From the NCBI GenBank assembly GCA_026387335.1, contig JAPLLX010000004.1, positions 255,045 through 319,044 of the forward strand: a DNA stretch of 64,000 nucleotides. The letters are read 5' to 3'. Position numbers and translations under genes: made by a program. Every line of letters begins with the position of its first letter. Within the stretch, counting starts at the first letter, position 1. Shown piece by piece: positions 21,434 to 31,854 of this stretch. A model generated the notes under the pieces. The model made no database searches. It saw nothing but the letters and a program-made list of their open reading frames with translations, and was not told the DNA's origin. The DNA is from Candidatus Omnitrophota bacterium. GTDB lineage: Bacteria > Omnitrophota > Gorgyraeia > Gygaellales > Profunditerraquicolaceae.

Positions 21434-23866
21434 ATGTATACCCGCAACGAAAAAATAATTCCGGTTTATATTGAGGACGAAGTTAAAGACTCTTATTTGA
21501 ATTACGCGATGAGCGTTATCGTAGGCCGGGCCCTGCCGGATGTCCGCGATGGGTTAAAGCCCGTGCATCGCCGAATTCTTTATGCCATGCAAGATCTTAA
21601 CCTGGAACACTCTAAACCTTATAAGAAATGCGCGCGTATCGTCGGTGAAACCATGGGTAAGTATCATCCGCATGGCGATGTGGCTATCTATGATACCCTG
21701 GTGCGTATGGCGCAGGATTTTTCTTTGCGTTACCCCTTAGTCGATGGTCAGGGCAACTTTGGTTCGGTTGATGGAGACGCAGCCGCGGCGATGCGTTATA
21801 CCGAGGCGCGCCTGGCCGCGGTTTCTGAAGAGATGCTCGGTGATATTGAAAAAGAAACCGTTAATTTTGGCCCGAACTTTGACTCTTCTTTAAAGGAGCC
21901 GTTACTTTTACCAGCGAGTTTACCGAATCTGTTAGTGAACGGTTCAAGCGGTATTGCCGTAGGCATGGCCACCAATATACCGCCGCATAATTTAAATGAA
22001 GTTTGCGACGCTATTATTTATCTACTGGATCATCCCGAGGCAGAGATTAAGGACCTGATGCGTTATATCAAGGGGCCGGATTTTCCTACCGGAGGGTTAA
22101 TCTGCGGCAAGGCGGGGATTAAAGACGCGTATACTACCGGAAGAGGCAAGTTACTCATACGTTCCCGGGCAACCGTAGAGCATCAAAAGAATGGCAAAGA
22201 TTTAATTATTATTACTGAAATTCCTTACCAGGCGCAGAAATCCGGGCTTATTGAAGCTATCGCGGCTTTGGTCGATGATAAAAAAATTGAAGGCATATCG
22301 GATATCCGCGATGAATCGGATAAGGACGGTATGCGCATTGTGGTTGAGCTTAAGCGCGATATTGAATCCCAGATTGTCTTGAATCAACTTTTTAAACATA
22401 CCCAGCTGGAAACTACCTTTGGCATTATTATGCTGGCCTTGGTGGATAACCGGCCCAAGGTGTTAAATCTACGCCAGGTCTTAGATTGTTATATCGAGCA
22501 TCGTAAGATTGTGATCCGCCGGCGCACCCAGTTTGAATTAGACAAGGCTTTAAGGAGGGCGCATATTTTAGAAGGTCTCAAGATAGCCCTTAAATTTATT
22601 GACCGGATTATTAAGGTAATCAAAACATCAAAGAGCGTGGAAGCGGCCAAAGTAAATTTAATGAAGGAGTTTGAGCTTTCGGAGTTGCAGTCGCAGGCGA
22701 TTCTGGAAATGCAGTTGCAGCGCTTAACCGCCTTAGAGCGCGATAAAATTGACGCGGAGTATGCCGAGCTTTTAAAGAAAATCGAGATCTGCCGGTCGAT
22801 TTTAGCTTCGGAGAAAAAAATCGAAGGGATCATTAAGGAAGAGCTGGAGAATTTAAAGAAAAAATACGGCGATGAAAGGCGTACGGATATAGTGGGTGAA
22901 GCAGAGGAGTTAGAGGTAGAGGATTTAATTGCCGAAGAGGACGTGGTGGTGACGATCAGCCACGGCGGTTACATTAAGCGGCTTCCCGTAGGTTCATACC
23001 GCAAGCAAAAACGCGGGGGCACCGGGGCAACCGGAGCGGAGTTAAAAGAGGAAGATTTTAGCGAGCATCTTTTTGTGGCTTCCACCAAAGATTACCTTTT
23101 GATTTTTACGGACAAGGGGCAGGTGCATTGGTTAAAGGTTTATGAGATACCCCAAGCTAGTCGCGTTTCTAAGGGGAAGGCTATTGTGAATCTGGTGCAG
23201 ATGGAGCAGGTAGCGAAAATCAGTTCTACTATCCCGGTCAAAGATTTTTCACCGGATAAATATTTGGTCATGGTGACTAAACTCGGGCAAATCAAGAAAA
23301 CTAAGTTAGAGGCTTATGGTAATCCGCGTAAAGGCGGGATTATCGGGATTACCCTGGATAAGGATGATGCTTTGATCGGCGTCGAAATGACCGACGGTAA
23401 GCAAGAATTACTGATCGGGACCCGGCAGGGCAAAGCGGTGAGATTTTCCGAAGAGAACGTGCGCGATATGGGTAGAGGCGCGCACGGGGTACGCGCGATA
23501 TCTCTGGGTAAAAAGGACGAAGTTATTGATATGGTTGTCCCCCAAAAAGATTCCACTATCCTTACAGTGACTAGTTTAGGCTTTGCCAAGCGCACAACTA
23601 TAGACGAATATCGTTTAACCAGCCGCGGCGGCAAAGGCGTGATTAACATTAAAGTCACCGCTAAGAATGGCGAGGCAGTAAATTTAAAAAGTGTAAATGA
23701 TAATGATGAGCTGATGGTCATTACCCAAAATGGTATATTTTTACGCTGCGCGATAAAAGATATCCGAGAAACCGGGCGCTCTGCCCAAGGCGTACGCCTG
23801 ATAAAGCTGCAGGCTAAAGACCGGGTTGCCTGTGTTGCTCCGGTAATTGCCGAAGAGGAAGAATAA
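21434..23866 (+). CDS. gyrA: DNA gyrase subunit A
   Basis: [28 protein letters not shown], active-site region, C-terminal beta-pinwheel repeats; 810 aa. Confidence 0.95.
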   Translation: MYTRNEKIIPVYIEDEVKDSYLNYAMSVIVGRALPDVRDGLKPVHRRILYAMQDLNLEHSKPYKKCARIVGETMGKYHPHGDVAIYDTLVRMAQDFSLRYPLVDGQGNFGSVDGDAAAAMRYTEARLAAVSEEMLGDIEKETVNFGPNFDSSLKEPLLLPASLPNLLVNGSSGIAVGMATNIPPHNLNEVCDAIIYLLDHPEAEIKDLMRYIKGPDFPTGGLICGKAGIKDAYTTGRGKLLIRSRATVEHQKNGKDLIIITEIPYQAQKSGLIEAIAALVDDKKIEGISDIRDESDKDGMRIVVELKRDIESQIVLNQLFKHTQLETTFGIIMLALVDNRPKVLNLRQVLDCYIEHRKIVIRRRTQFELDKALRRAHILEGLKIALKFIDRIIKVIKTSKSVEAAKVNLMKEFELSELQSQAILEMQLQRLTALERDKIDAEYAELLKKIEICRSILASEKKIEGIIKEELENLKKKYGDERRTDIVGEAEELEVEDLIAEEDVVVTISHGGYIKRLPVGSYRKQKRGGTGATGAELKEEDFSEHLFVASTKDYLLIFTDKGQVHWLKVYEIPQASRVSKGKAIVNLVQMEQVAKISSTIPVKDFSPDKYLVMVTKLGQIKKTKLEAYGNPRKGGIIGITLDKDDALIGVEMTDGKQELLIGTRQGKAVRFSEENVRDMGRGAHGVRAISLGKKDEVIDMVVPQKDSTILTVTSLGFAKRTTIDEYRLTSRGGKGVINIKVTAKNGEAVNLKSVNDNDELMVITQNGIFLRCAIKDIRETGRSAQGVRLIKLQAKDRVACVAPVIAEEEE

Positions 23867-23872
23867 CCTTAC

Positions 23873-23947
23873 GACCCCGTCGTCTAGCCTGGTCTAGGAC
23901 AAGAGCTTTTCAAGCTCTCGACACGGGTTCAAATCCCGTCGGGGTCA
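23873..23947 (+). tRNA. tRNA-Glu (anticodon TTC)
   Basis: Acceptor GACCCCG/CGGGGTC, anticodon stem-loop AGAGC-TTTTCAA-GCTCT, T-arm ACGGG-TTCAAAT-CCCGT. Confidence 0.85.
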
Positions 23948-23957
23948 CTGAATAATT

Positions 23958-25796
23958 ATGTGCGGAATAGTCGGATACGTCGGAGAGAGGGAAGCTCAGG
24001 GTATTTTGTTAAGCGGCCTGAAGCGCCTAGAATACCGTGGTTACGACTCAAGCGGTATCGCCGTAATTAACTCTAAGAAAAGCGCCATATCCTTAAGAAA
24101 ATCTCCCGGCAAAATCAGCGCGTTAGAAAGGTTAGTCAAAGCCAGGCCCTTATCCGGCACTGTTGGTATAGCCCATACCCGTTGGGCGACGCACGGCGCT
24201 CCCACCCAGCCTAATGCCCATCCCCACCAGGATTGTCAAGGCGAGATCGCCCTGGTGCATAACGGGATTATTGAGAATTTTGAGATCCTCAAAAACCGCC
24301 TGATTAAAGAAGGCCATACCTTCCGCAGCCAGACAGACACCGAAGTAATCGTCCATTTAATCGAAAAGTTTTATAAGAATATTCCGCTGGAAGAAGCAGT
24401 GCGGCGCAGCCTTAAACTACTGGTGGGTTCTTTCGCCATCGGGGTTATTTCATCAAGAGAACCGGGAAAGTTAGTCGGAGCGCGTTCCGGCAGCCCTTTA
24501 ATTTTAGGTTTAGGTAAGAATGAGAATTTTCTCGCTTCGGATGCGCCCGCGGTTTTAGAGTCAACCAAAGAAATTGTCTTTCTAGATGAAAACGAAGTAG
24601 TGGTTTTAACCAAGGAGGGCTTTCAGGTTACGGATCTGGAAGGCAGGCCAAGCGCTAAAAAATCCGTACGCATTAATTGGGATATTACCCAGGCTCAGAA
24701 AAACGGCTTTGCGCATTTTATGTTGAAAGAAATCAATGAGCAGCCGAAAATCCTGGAAAGCCTGATAAATTCCAGGATCAACAGGGAATCCGGCAAGATA
24801 GATTTTGAAGAACAAAACATCCCTGAAGAAAAGCTTAAAAATATCAAAAATATATTTATCGTCGCCTGCGGCACAGCGTATCACGCCGGTTTGGTGGGAA
24901 AGTATGTTTTAGAATCCCTCTGCGCTATCCCGACACAGATAGACGTTTCCAGCGAATTCCGCTATCGCGAACTTTTAATCGGTCCGGATACCCTGGTTAT
25001 GGCCATAAGTCAGTCCGGAGAGACCGCGGATACCCTGGCCGGGGTAAGGGAGGCCAAAAAACACGGCGCCAGCGTAATCTCTATCTGCAATGTTTTAGGT
25101 TCGACTTTGACCCGCGAATCCGACGGTATAATTTATACGCACGCCGGCCCGGAAATCGGGGTGGCCTCGACCAAGGCTTATACCGCCCAGTTAACCGCCC
25201 TGTATTTATTCGCTTTTTATCTTGCCGGTATCAGAAACGTTCTTCCCTCGGCTAAAATCAGGAAATACCTGGATGACCTGCGCAAAATTCCCCACCAGCA
25301 GGAGTTAATTCTGAAAGAGCAAAATAATATTGCCAGGCTGGCTCGAAAACATTCGCATTTGGGCTCATTTTTGTATTTGGGTAGGAACATTAATTATCCT
25401 TCAGCCCTGGAAGGAGCGCTTAAACTGAAAGAGATCTCTTATATCCCCGCTGAAGGCTATGCCGCCGGAGAGATGAAGCATGGGCCCATTGCCTTAATTG
25501 ATGAGTACCGGGCGGTAGTTTGTATTGCTCCTGCCTCTAAAGTTTATGAAAAGATGGTCTCTAATATCCAGGAGATCCGCTCCCGGCACGGAAAAATTAT
25601 CGCTATTGCCAGCGTAGGGGACAAAGAAATTACGGAGTTAACCAAAGAAGTCATTTATATCCCTAAGTCCGAAGAATTATTCTCTCCTCTTTTAGTGGCT
25701 TTTCCCCTGCAGTTGATAGCTTACCACATTGCCGTAAAACGCGGCTGCGACGTGGACCAGCCGCGCAATTTAGCTAAGTCCGTAACCGTTGAGTAA
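23958..25796 (+). CDS. glmS: glutamine--fructose-6-phosphate aminotransferase
   Basis: N-terminal MCGIVGY, two SIS domains, C-terminal ...NLAKSVTVE; 612 aa. Confidence 0.95.
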   Translation: MCGIVGYVGEREAQGILLSGLKRLEYRGYDSSGIAVINSKKSAISLRKSPGKISALERLVKARPLSGTVGIAHTRWATHGAPTQPNAHPHQDCQGEIALVHNGIIENFEILKNRLIKEGHTFRSQTDTEVIVHLIEKFYKNIPLEEAVRRSLKLLVGSFAIGVISSREPGKLVGARSGSPLILGLGKNENFLASDAPAVLESTKEIVFLDENEVVVLTKEGFQVTDLEGRPSAKKSVRINWDITQAQKNGFAHFMLKEINEQPKILESLINSRINRESGKIDFEEQNIPEEKLKNIKNIFIVACGTAYHAGLVGKYVLESLCAIPTQIDVSSEFRYRELLIGPDTLVMAISQSGETADTLAGVREAKKHGASVISICNVLGSTLTRESDGIIYTHAGPEIGVASTKAYTAQLTALYLFAFYLAGIRNVLPSAKIRKYLDDLRKIPHQQELILKEQNNIARLARKHSHLGSFLYLGRNINYPSALEGALKLKEISYIPAEGYAAGEMKHGPIALIDEYRAVVCIAPASKVYEKMVSNIQEIRSRHGKIIAIASVGDKEITELTKEVIYIPKSEELFSPLLVAFPLQLIAYHIAVKRGCDVDQPRNLAKSVTVE

Positions 25797-26449
25797 TGCT
25801 TTATATAGTCGCTACCCCTATAGGTAATCTAAAGGACATAACCTTTCGCGCTATCGAAGTATTCAAGAGCGTGGATTTGATTGCCTGTGAAGATACCCGG
25901 CATACCAAGATCCTTCTGGATCACTATGGTATTACTAAGCCCACCACGAGTTTCTTTCAGCATAATAGATTTACCAAGGCCGAATATCTGCTCGGGCTTT
26001 TAAAAGAAGGCAAAAACGTGGCCCTTGTTTCGGATGCCGGCACGCCCGGGATACTGGATCCCGGGTATAATCTGATTAATCTGGCTATCAAGAACGCTAT
26101 AGAGCTGACTTTTATTCCGGGGCCCGCAGCTTTTGTCAACGCTTTGGTGCTTTCGGGAAAACCCGCCCACGAATTCTATTTTGCCGGTTTCCTGCCGAAT
26201 AAAAAAATATCCCGCAAGAATAAGCTGAAAGCGTTAAGCGGCTTAAAATGCACGGTTATTTGCTACGAATCGAGCCATCGCATCTTAGCCAGCCTGGAAG
26301 ATTTAGCGGATGTTTTTGGCGATAGGCAAATCGTGGTTGCCCGGGAATTAACCAAGAAATTTGAAGAAGTTATCCGTTCTACCCCCCAGTTGATCCAGGA
26401 GAAGCTGCGTAATTCTAAGCCCCGCGGGGAATTTGTAATTGTAATTTAA
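25796..26449 (+). CDS. rsmI: 16S rRNA (cytidine1402-2'-O)-methyltransferase RsmI (short, ends inside a palindromic element)
   Basis: LYIVATPIGNLKDIT...ACEDTRHT, tetrapyrrole-methylase fold; 217 aa, ends at ...PRGEFVIVI with the stop codon inside the element. Confidence 0.85.
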   Translation: MLYIVATPIGNLKDITFRAIEVFKSVDLIACEDTRHTKILLDHYGITKPTTSFFQHNRFTKAEYLLGLLKEGKNVALVSDAGTPGILDPGYNLINLAIKNAIELTFIPGPAAFVNALVLSGKPAHEFYFAGFLPNKKISRKNKLKALSGLKCTVICYESSHRILASLEDLADVFGDRQIVVARELTKKFEEVIRSTPQLIQEKLRNSKPRGEFVIVI

Positions 26450-26511
26450 ATAGGGACAGCGACCATTTTTCTTGGTCGCCTAGAAGAGAAAAATGGTCGC
26501 TGTCCCTATTT
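26448..26511. repeat. family A palindromic element, copy 2
   Basis: 25-bp perfect inverted repeat identical to the other copies; overlaps the rsmI stop codon. Confidence 0.9.
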
Positions 26512-26519
26512 ATTTAGCC

Positions 26520-26670
26520 TTGACAAGAGAGGCAGATATGCTATACTTAAACAAATTCAAGATAACCTTTAAGCCCAAGCCCTTGAGAGGCTGGCAAGGT
26601 GAATAAAATGAAAAAAATTGCTGTAAAAAGTAAAGGAAACCCAACTGCAAATCACGCGGTTGGGTTTTTT
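26520..26670 (+). promoter_or_regulatory. pyr operon leader: promoter TTGACA-16-TATACT (26520-26547), PyrR-binding-loop-like motif CCTTGAGAGGCTGGCAAGG (26581-26599), intrinsic terminator/attenuator AACCCAAC...GTTGGGTTTTTT (26638-26670)
   Basis: Motifs seen directly; the architecture matches the PyrR attenuation leaders of Gram-positive bacteria; immediately upstream of pyrR. Confidence 0.6.
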
Positions 26671-26687
26671 GTCGCGGAGGGCGTGCC

Positions 26688-27236
26688 TTGCTACCTATGA
26701 AAGAAAAAGCCAAGATATTAGATAAAGACGCGATTGCCAGAATCGCGACGCGTATCTCCCATGAAATAGTCGAGAAGAATAAAGGCGTAGAAAATCTCTG
26801 CCTTATTGGGATACGGAACCGCGGGGTTTATTTAGCCCAGCGTTTAGCCAAATGTATTAAAAATATTGAAGGCGCGGATATTCCTACCGGAGCGCTGGAT
26901 ATAACTTTATACCGGGATGATCTGGCCCTGGCTTCCGGCCAGCCATTGGTGCGTAAGACCGAAATAGATTTTGATATTAACGGTAAAAACCTGATTTTGG
27001 TGGATGATGTTTTATATACCGGGCGCACGGTAAGGGCGGCTTTGGATGCGTTGATTGACTTCGGCCGGCCAAAATCCATATCGCTGGCGGTTTTGATTGA
27101 CCGTGGCCACCGGGAATTGCCGATCCGGGCGGATTACGCCGGTAAAAATATCCCGACTTCCAAGGATGAAGCAGTAGAGGTGCGCCTGCAGGAGACTGAA
27201 GGCGTAGACGAAGTCGTAATTGTTGAGAAAAATTAA
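26688..27236 (+). CDS. pyrR: bifunctional pyrimidine operon regulator / uracil phosphoribosyltransferase PyrR (TTG start)
   Basis: PRTase motif [19 protein letters not shown]; 182 aa. Confidence 0.88.
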   Translation: MLPMKEKAKILDKDAIARIATRISHEIVEKNKGVENLCLIGIRNRGVYLAQRLAKCIKNIEGADIPTGALDITLYRDDLALASGQPLVRKTEIDFDINGKNLILVDDVLYTGRTVRAALDALIDFGRPKSISLAVLIDRGHRELPIRADYAGKNIPTSKDEAVEVRLQETEGVDEVVIVEKN

Positions 27237-28187
27237 ATGGGTTGGATAAGAAAAGACTTGTTGGGGCTGGAAGAACTAAGTCAAGAAGAATTAGAGCTGA
27301 TTCTTTCTACCGCCGAGAGTTTTAAAGAGGTTTCTAGCCGCGAGATCAAGAAAGTTCCGGCGTTACGCGGCAAGACCGTGGTAAATTTATTCTACGAACC
27401 CTCCACGCGTACCCGTGTTTCCTTTGAGGTGGCTGCCAAAAGGCTCTCCGCCGACGTAATTAATATCGCTACCGAAACCTCAAGTGTCAAAAAGGGCGAG
27501 ACCCTTATTGATACCGGCAGGAATATTGAAGCGCTGAAAGCCGATATTATAGTTATGCGCCATAATTTTAGCGGCGCGGCAGTCATGCTCGCTCGTCACG
27601 TTAATTTAAGCGTAGTCAATGCCGGAGACGGCTGGCATGAACATCCTACCCAGGCCCTCCTGGATATTTTTACCTTAAAGGAAAAGCTGGGTAAGCTTGA
27701 GGGTTTGAACGTAAGCATAGTAGGAGATATCGCGCATTCGCGGGTAGCCCGCTCAAATATATGGGGGTTGACTAAATTGGGAGTCAAGGTCACTGTCTGC
27801 GCGCCCAAGATGCTTATTCCGGTGGCGATAGAAAAGATGGGCGTAGCGGTTACCAGCGATATAGATGAGGCCTTAAGAAACGCGGACGCCGTAAATGTCT
27901 TAAGGATGCAGTTTGAACGCGACGGAGAAACCGCGTTCCCTAAGCAGTTGGAATATTTCAAGGAGTTTGGGATCACGCAAGAGAGATTGAAGAAAGCCAA
28001 AAAAGATATTATCGTAATGCACCCGGGGCCGATAAACCGCGGGATCGAGATGTCTAGCGATGTGGCGGATGGGGCAAATTCGGTAATATTGGAGCAGGTC
28101 ACCAATGGTATCGCGGTGAGAATGGCGGTTTTATTTTTGGTAGCCCAAGCCAACGAAAAAATAAAAAACAATGAAGACTTTAATTAA
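27237..28187 (+). CDS. pyrB: aspartate carbamoyltransferase catalytic subunit
   Basis: STRTRVSFE carbamoyl-phosphate binding motif, HPGP; 316 aa. Confidence 0.92.
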   Translation: MGWIRKDLLGLEELSQEELELILSTAESFKEVSSREIKKVPALRGKTVVNLFYEPSTRTRVSFEVAAKRLSADVINIATETSSVKKGETLIDTGRNIEALKADIIVMRHNFSGAAVMLARHVNLSVVNAGDGWHEHPTQALLDIFTLKEKLGKLEGLNVSIVGDIAHSRVARSNIWGLTKLGVKVTVCAPKMLIPVAIEKMGVAVTSDIDEALRNADAVNVLRMQFERDGETAFPKQLEYFKEFGITQERLKKAKKDIIVMHPGPINRGIEMSSDVADGANSVILEQVTNGIAVRMAVLFLVAQANEKIKNNEDFN

Positions 28188-29448
28188 GGGCGGCAGAGTA
28201 GTCGACCCGGCGAATAAAATTGATGCGCTAATGGATATATTAGTGGAAGATTCTAAGATATCCAAAGTAGCTAAAAATATTCAAGGCGCAGCGGATAAGA
28301 TAATTGATGCGTCGGGCAAAATTGTTCTGCCGGGACTTGTAGATATGCATGTGCATTTGCGGGAGCCGGGCAGGGAAGATAAAGAAACAATCTGCAGCGG
28401 CTCAAAGGCTGCTTTAGCCGGCGGAGTGACTAGTGTCCTGGCCATGCCCAATACCTCTCCGGCAATAGACTCAAAAGAAAATATTAAAATTATAAAAACA
28501 GCTATCCAAAAAAGCGCCAAGGCCAATTGTTTCATCTGCGCCGCTATTACTAAAGGAAGGCTAGGAGAAGAGTTAAGCGATTTCGCCAGCCTTAAAAAAG
28601 AAGGCGCGATTGCCCTCTCTGATGACGGCTCGTCGGTAGATAAGGACGCCCTTATGCTGGAGGCGTTTAAGCAAGCCAAAAAAGAGGATATTCTGGTAAT
28701 CTGCCATAGCGAAGATAAAAAGCTGGCAGCTGGCGGGGTAGTAAATTTAGGTTTTACTTCTACGCGTCTGGGGTTGCGCGGCATATCAACCGAGTCAGAA
28801 TATAAAAGGGTTGAGCGCGACATAAGGTTAGCTAAAGAAACCGGCGCCAGGGTGCATATTGCCCACGTAAGCTGCCAAGAATCGCTGGAAATTATTGCCC
28901 GGGCCAAAAAAAATAAGGTCAGGGTTACCTGCGAGAGTGCGCCGCATTATTTTACTTTTAATGAAGAAGCGGTCTTAGGTTATGATCCTAATTTTAAAAT
29001 GAACCCGCCGCTACGCTCTAAAGAGGATATGTTGGCTATCCGTAAAGGTTTGGCCGACGGTTTAATAGACGTGATCGCCTCAGATCACGCTCCGCATACT
29101 GAAAATGAAAAGGATATTGAGTTTGAACGCGCGGAATGCGGGGTAATCGGCTTAGAAACCGAATTAGCCGCAGCTATCACAGAGTTGATAGGCAATAACT
29201 TATTGGACTGGAGTAAACTGGTCCTCAAAATGTCGTTAAATCCCAGCCGGATTTTAGGCCTGAATAAAGGGACATTAAGCGTCGGCGCTGACGCGGATAT
29301 TATAGTAGTTGACCCTGAAAGAGAATGGGTAGTAAAAAAAGAAAATTTCTATTCCAAGTCTAAAAACTCATCTTTTATCGGCCGTTCGCTTAAGGGTTTT
29401 GTAGAATACACGCTTTGCCAAGGTAAGGTGCACAAATGGAATTCATAG
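28171..29448 (+). CDS. pyrC: dihydroorotase
   Basis: LPGLVDMHVHLREPG metal-binding motif, DHAPH; 425 aa. Confidence 0.9.
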   Translation: MKTLIKGGRVVDPANKIDALMDILVEDSKISKVAKNIQGAADKIIDASGKIVLPGLVDMHVHLREPGREDKETICSGSKAALAGGVTSVLAMPNTSPAIDSKENIKIIKTAIQKSAKANCFICAAITKGRLGEELSDFASLKKEGAIALSDDGSSVDKDALMLEAFKQAKKEDILVICHSEDKKLAAGGVVNLGFTSTRLGLRGISTESEYKRVERDIRLAKETGARVHIAHVSCQESLEIIARAKKNKVRVTCESAPHYFTFNEEAVLGYDPNFKMNPPLRSKEDMLAIRKGLADGLIDVIASDHAPHTENEKDIEFERAECGVIGLETELAAAITELIGNNLLDWSKLVLKMSLNPSRILGLNKGTLSVGADADIIVVDPEREWVVKKENFYSKSKNSSFIGRSLKGFVEYTLCQGKVHKWNS

Positions 29449-31757
29449 CCGATTTTCATGTCCATTCTAAATACTCGCGGGCTACCAGCCGCAATATGGA
29501 TGTCAAGAATTTAAGCGAATGGGCGAAGTTAAAAGGAATCACCCTTATAGGCACGGGAGATTTTACGCATCATTTGTGGCTGGAAGAACTAAAACACACC
29601 TTAGAAGATTGCGGGAATGGGTTATACCAGCATAATGGGGTCTATTTTATCCTGACTGCCGAGGTAAGCAGCATATATTCCAAAAAAAATAAAACCTACC
29701 GCATACACAATGTCATCATCGCTCCATCATTTAAAACCGTGGATAAAATAAATGACAAACTCGGCCGGCTGGGCAACCTGGCCAGCGACGGAAGGCCTAT
29801 CTTAGGGCTGGATGCCGCAGAACTGGCGCGGATTGTCTTTGGTATTGATGAAAACTGTATACTTGTCCCCGGGCATATCTGGACGCCCTGGTTTTCCCTC
29901 TTTGGCTCTATGTCAGGGTTTGACAGGATAGAAGATTGCTTTGAAGAGCAGACACCGAAAATATTTGCTTTGGAAACGGGCCTGTCTTGTTATGATGAAA
30001 AAACAGAGGTTTTAACTGAAAATGGCTGGAAGAAGTTCCCTGAAGTCAGCTATTCCGATAAAATTTGCACTTTGAATATTAAGACCGATAGAATTGAATT
30101 TCAAATTCCGCAAAGAATTTCTAATTATATTTATAAAGGGAAAATGTATAAACTCAGAACTAAAAGAGTAGATTTATTGGTAACCCCTAATCATAAGCTA
30201 CTATATAGCCCCTGCGATTTTAGAAACCGTAAGCCTTATTCTTTGAAAGAAGCAGAAAAGTTATTTAATAAATCCAAAATATTGAAAAAAGACGGTATCT
30301 GGATTGGAGAGAAACCAAAATATTTTACACTACCCGAAGTTAAAATGCAGCATGGTAGTAGATATTATTCCGGATTTCGTAATAAAAAAGAAAATCGCTT
30401 ACCTCTAAAACCCTGGCTAAAGTTTTTTGGTTTCTGGCTTGCAGAGGGCTGGACTAGCGAAGGCAAAGAGGGTGATTACAACGTTTGTGTATGTAACAAT
30501 GATGAAAATTTACTTAATGAAATGAAACAACTTCTTGAGTGCTTCGGTTATAAAGCTTATAAACGAGGTAACTTGGTTCGGGTGAGAGATTTTCAGTTAT
30601 TTCATTATTTAAGACAGTTTGGTAAATGTTATGATAAATTTATTCCATTGAATATTAAATCTCTCTCGAAAGAATTGTTAGAGATTCTATTACAATACTA
30701 TATTAAAGGGGACGGGCATATTTACGGAAGATCTGGAAAGGGTTTATCGGCAACAACCACCTCAATTCGTTTGCGTGACGATTTACAGGAGATAGCCCTA
30801 AAAATAGGGATTTCTGCGTATTACAAATTAGGCCAGAAAAAAGGTACCCCATTTTCTTCGCCCAGCACAAAAAAGATATACAAACAAAGAAACGATGCCT
30901 GGATTATTTATTTTATAAGGCGGAATAAACCAATAATTTTACCCTCAACAATAAAAAAACATAATTATACAGAAAAATGGGTAGATTACGAAGGATGGGT
31001 TTTCTGCGTTACTGTTCCTAATCATGTAATTTATATTCGCAGAAACGGTATTCCTCTTTGGTGCGGTAATTCCGACCCAGCAATGAATTGGCGCTTGAGC
31101 GCTTTAGATAAGTTTACCTTAATTTCCAATAGTGATGCACATTCACCGCAAAAAATTGGACGTGAGGGCAATGTCTTTGACTGCGAGCTTGATTATAAAA
31201 CAATAAGAGAAGTTTTAAAGACAAAAGATAAGAAACGGTTTTTATACACCATAGAGTTTTTCCCGGAAGAGGGGAAGTATCATTTTGACGGGCACCGGCT
31301 TTGCGGTATCCGTTGGTCGCCGAAGGAAACAAAAGAACACGCTGGCAAGTGCCCAAAATGCGGTAAGCCGGTTACTGTCGGGGTAGTGAACCGTGTAGAA
31401 AAATTAGCCGATAGGCCGCAAGGTTTTAAGCCCGAGAACGCCATACCTTTTAAACATTTAATACCTTTGGATGAAATAATCGCCGATGCCAAAGGCGTAG
31501 GCAAAACCAGTGTTGCGGTAGAAAGAGATTACCGGAGTTGCCTGAGTAAATTTGGGACAGAGTTTGAAATCCTGATGGCTGCTCCCAAGCAGGATCTGCT
31601 TAAAGGTTTACCTCCTAAAGTTGCGGAGGGGGTTCTAAGAGTACGTGAAGGTAAAGTCGATATTCAGGCTGGCTACGATGGCGAATATGGAATAATCTCT
31701 ATCTTTGGGAAGGAAGAGCCTGGCCAGAAAAACGAAGAACAATTGAGTTTATTTTAA
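29436..31757 (+). CDS. endonuclease Q (EndoQ-like PHP-domain DNA nuclease) interrupted by an intein. Host protein is residues 1-184 plus 546-773 (412 aa).
   Basis: N-extein DFHVHSKYSRATS...LIGTGDFTHHLW...ETGLS; C-extein SDPAMNWR...LISNSDAHSP...CGIRWSPKETKEHAGKCPKCG (Zn-ribbon), as in archaeal EndoQ; 773 aa in total. Confidence 0.8.
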   Translation: MEFIADFHVHSKYSRATSRNMDVKNLSEWAKLKGITLIGTGDFTHHLWLEELKHTLEDCGNGLYQHNGVYFILTAEVSSIYSKKNKTYRIHNVIIAPSFKTVDKINDKLGRLGNLASDGRPILGLDAAELARIVFGIDENCILVPGHIWTPWFSLFGSMSGFDRIEDCFEEQTPKIFALETGLSCYDEKTEVLTENGWKKFPEVSYSDKICTLNIKTDRIEFQIPQRISNYIYKGKMYKLRTKRVDLLVTPNHKLLYSPCDFRNRKPYSLKEAEKLFNKSKILKKDGIWIGEKPKYFTLPEVKMQHGSRYYSGFRNKKENRLPLKPWLKFFGFWLAEGWTSEGKEGDYNVCVCNNDENLLNEMKQLLECFGYKAYKRGNLVRVRDFQLFHYLRQFGKCYDKFIPLNIKSLSKELLEILLQYYIKGDGHIYGRSGKGLSATTTSIRLRDDLQEIALKIGISAYYKLGQKKGTPFSSPSTKKIYKQRNDAWIIYFIRRNKPIILPSTIKKHNYTEKWVDYEGWVFCVTVPNHVIYIRRNGIPLWCGNSDPAMNWRLSALDKFTLISNSDAHSPQKIGREGNVFDCELDYKTIREVLKTKDKKRFLYTIEFFPEEGKYHFDGHRLCGIRWSPKETKEHAGKCPKCGKPVTVGVVNRVEKLADRPQGFKPENAIPFKHLIPLDEIIADAKGVGKTSVAVERDYRSCLSKFGTEFEILMAAPKQDLLKGLPPKVAEGVLRVREGKVDIQAGYDGEYGIISIFGKEEPGQKNEEQLSLF
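29988..31070 (+). mobile_element. intein (361 aa) with LAGLIDADG homing-endonuclease domain, inserted in the EndoQ ETGLS|SDP motif
   Basis: Block A CYDEKTEVLTENGW, block B VTPNHKLLY, DOD motifs FFGFWLAEGWTS and LLQYYIKGDGHIYG, block G VFCVTVPNHVIYIRRNGIPLWCGN followed by +1 Ser. Removing it restores a contiguous EndoQ motif. Confidence 0.8.
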
Positions 31758-31758
31758 C

Positions 31759-31830
31759 GCGCCTGTGGCCCAACGGATAGGGCGCCAGCCTCCGGAGCTG
31801 GATGTGACAGTTCAATTCTGTCCAGGCGCA
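31759..31830 (+). tRNA. tRNA-Arg (anticodon CCG)
   Basis: Acceptor GCGCCTG/CAGGCGC, anticodon stem-loop CCAGC-CTCCGGA-GCTGG, T-arm GACAG-TTCAATT-CTGTC; starts 2 nt after the EndoQ stop. Confidence 0.85.
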
Positions 31831-31854
31831 TAAGAATAGTCTATAAGGAGTAAT

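Noticed and set aside
23948-23957. glmS ribozyme upstream of glmS
   Set aside because: Only 10 nt separate tRNA-Glu from the glmS start codon, so there is no room for a ribozyme leader.
27596-28907. Minus-strand ORFs (191 and 208 aa) inside pyrB and pyrC, and similar antisense ORFs in hypE (47548-48120), the UPF0280 gene (48389-48901), dnaA (16642-17076) and the lipoprotein gene (36003-36470)
   Set aside because: All lie antisense to well-supported genes and have low-complexity composition.
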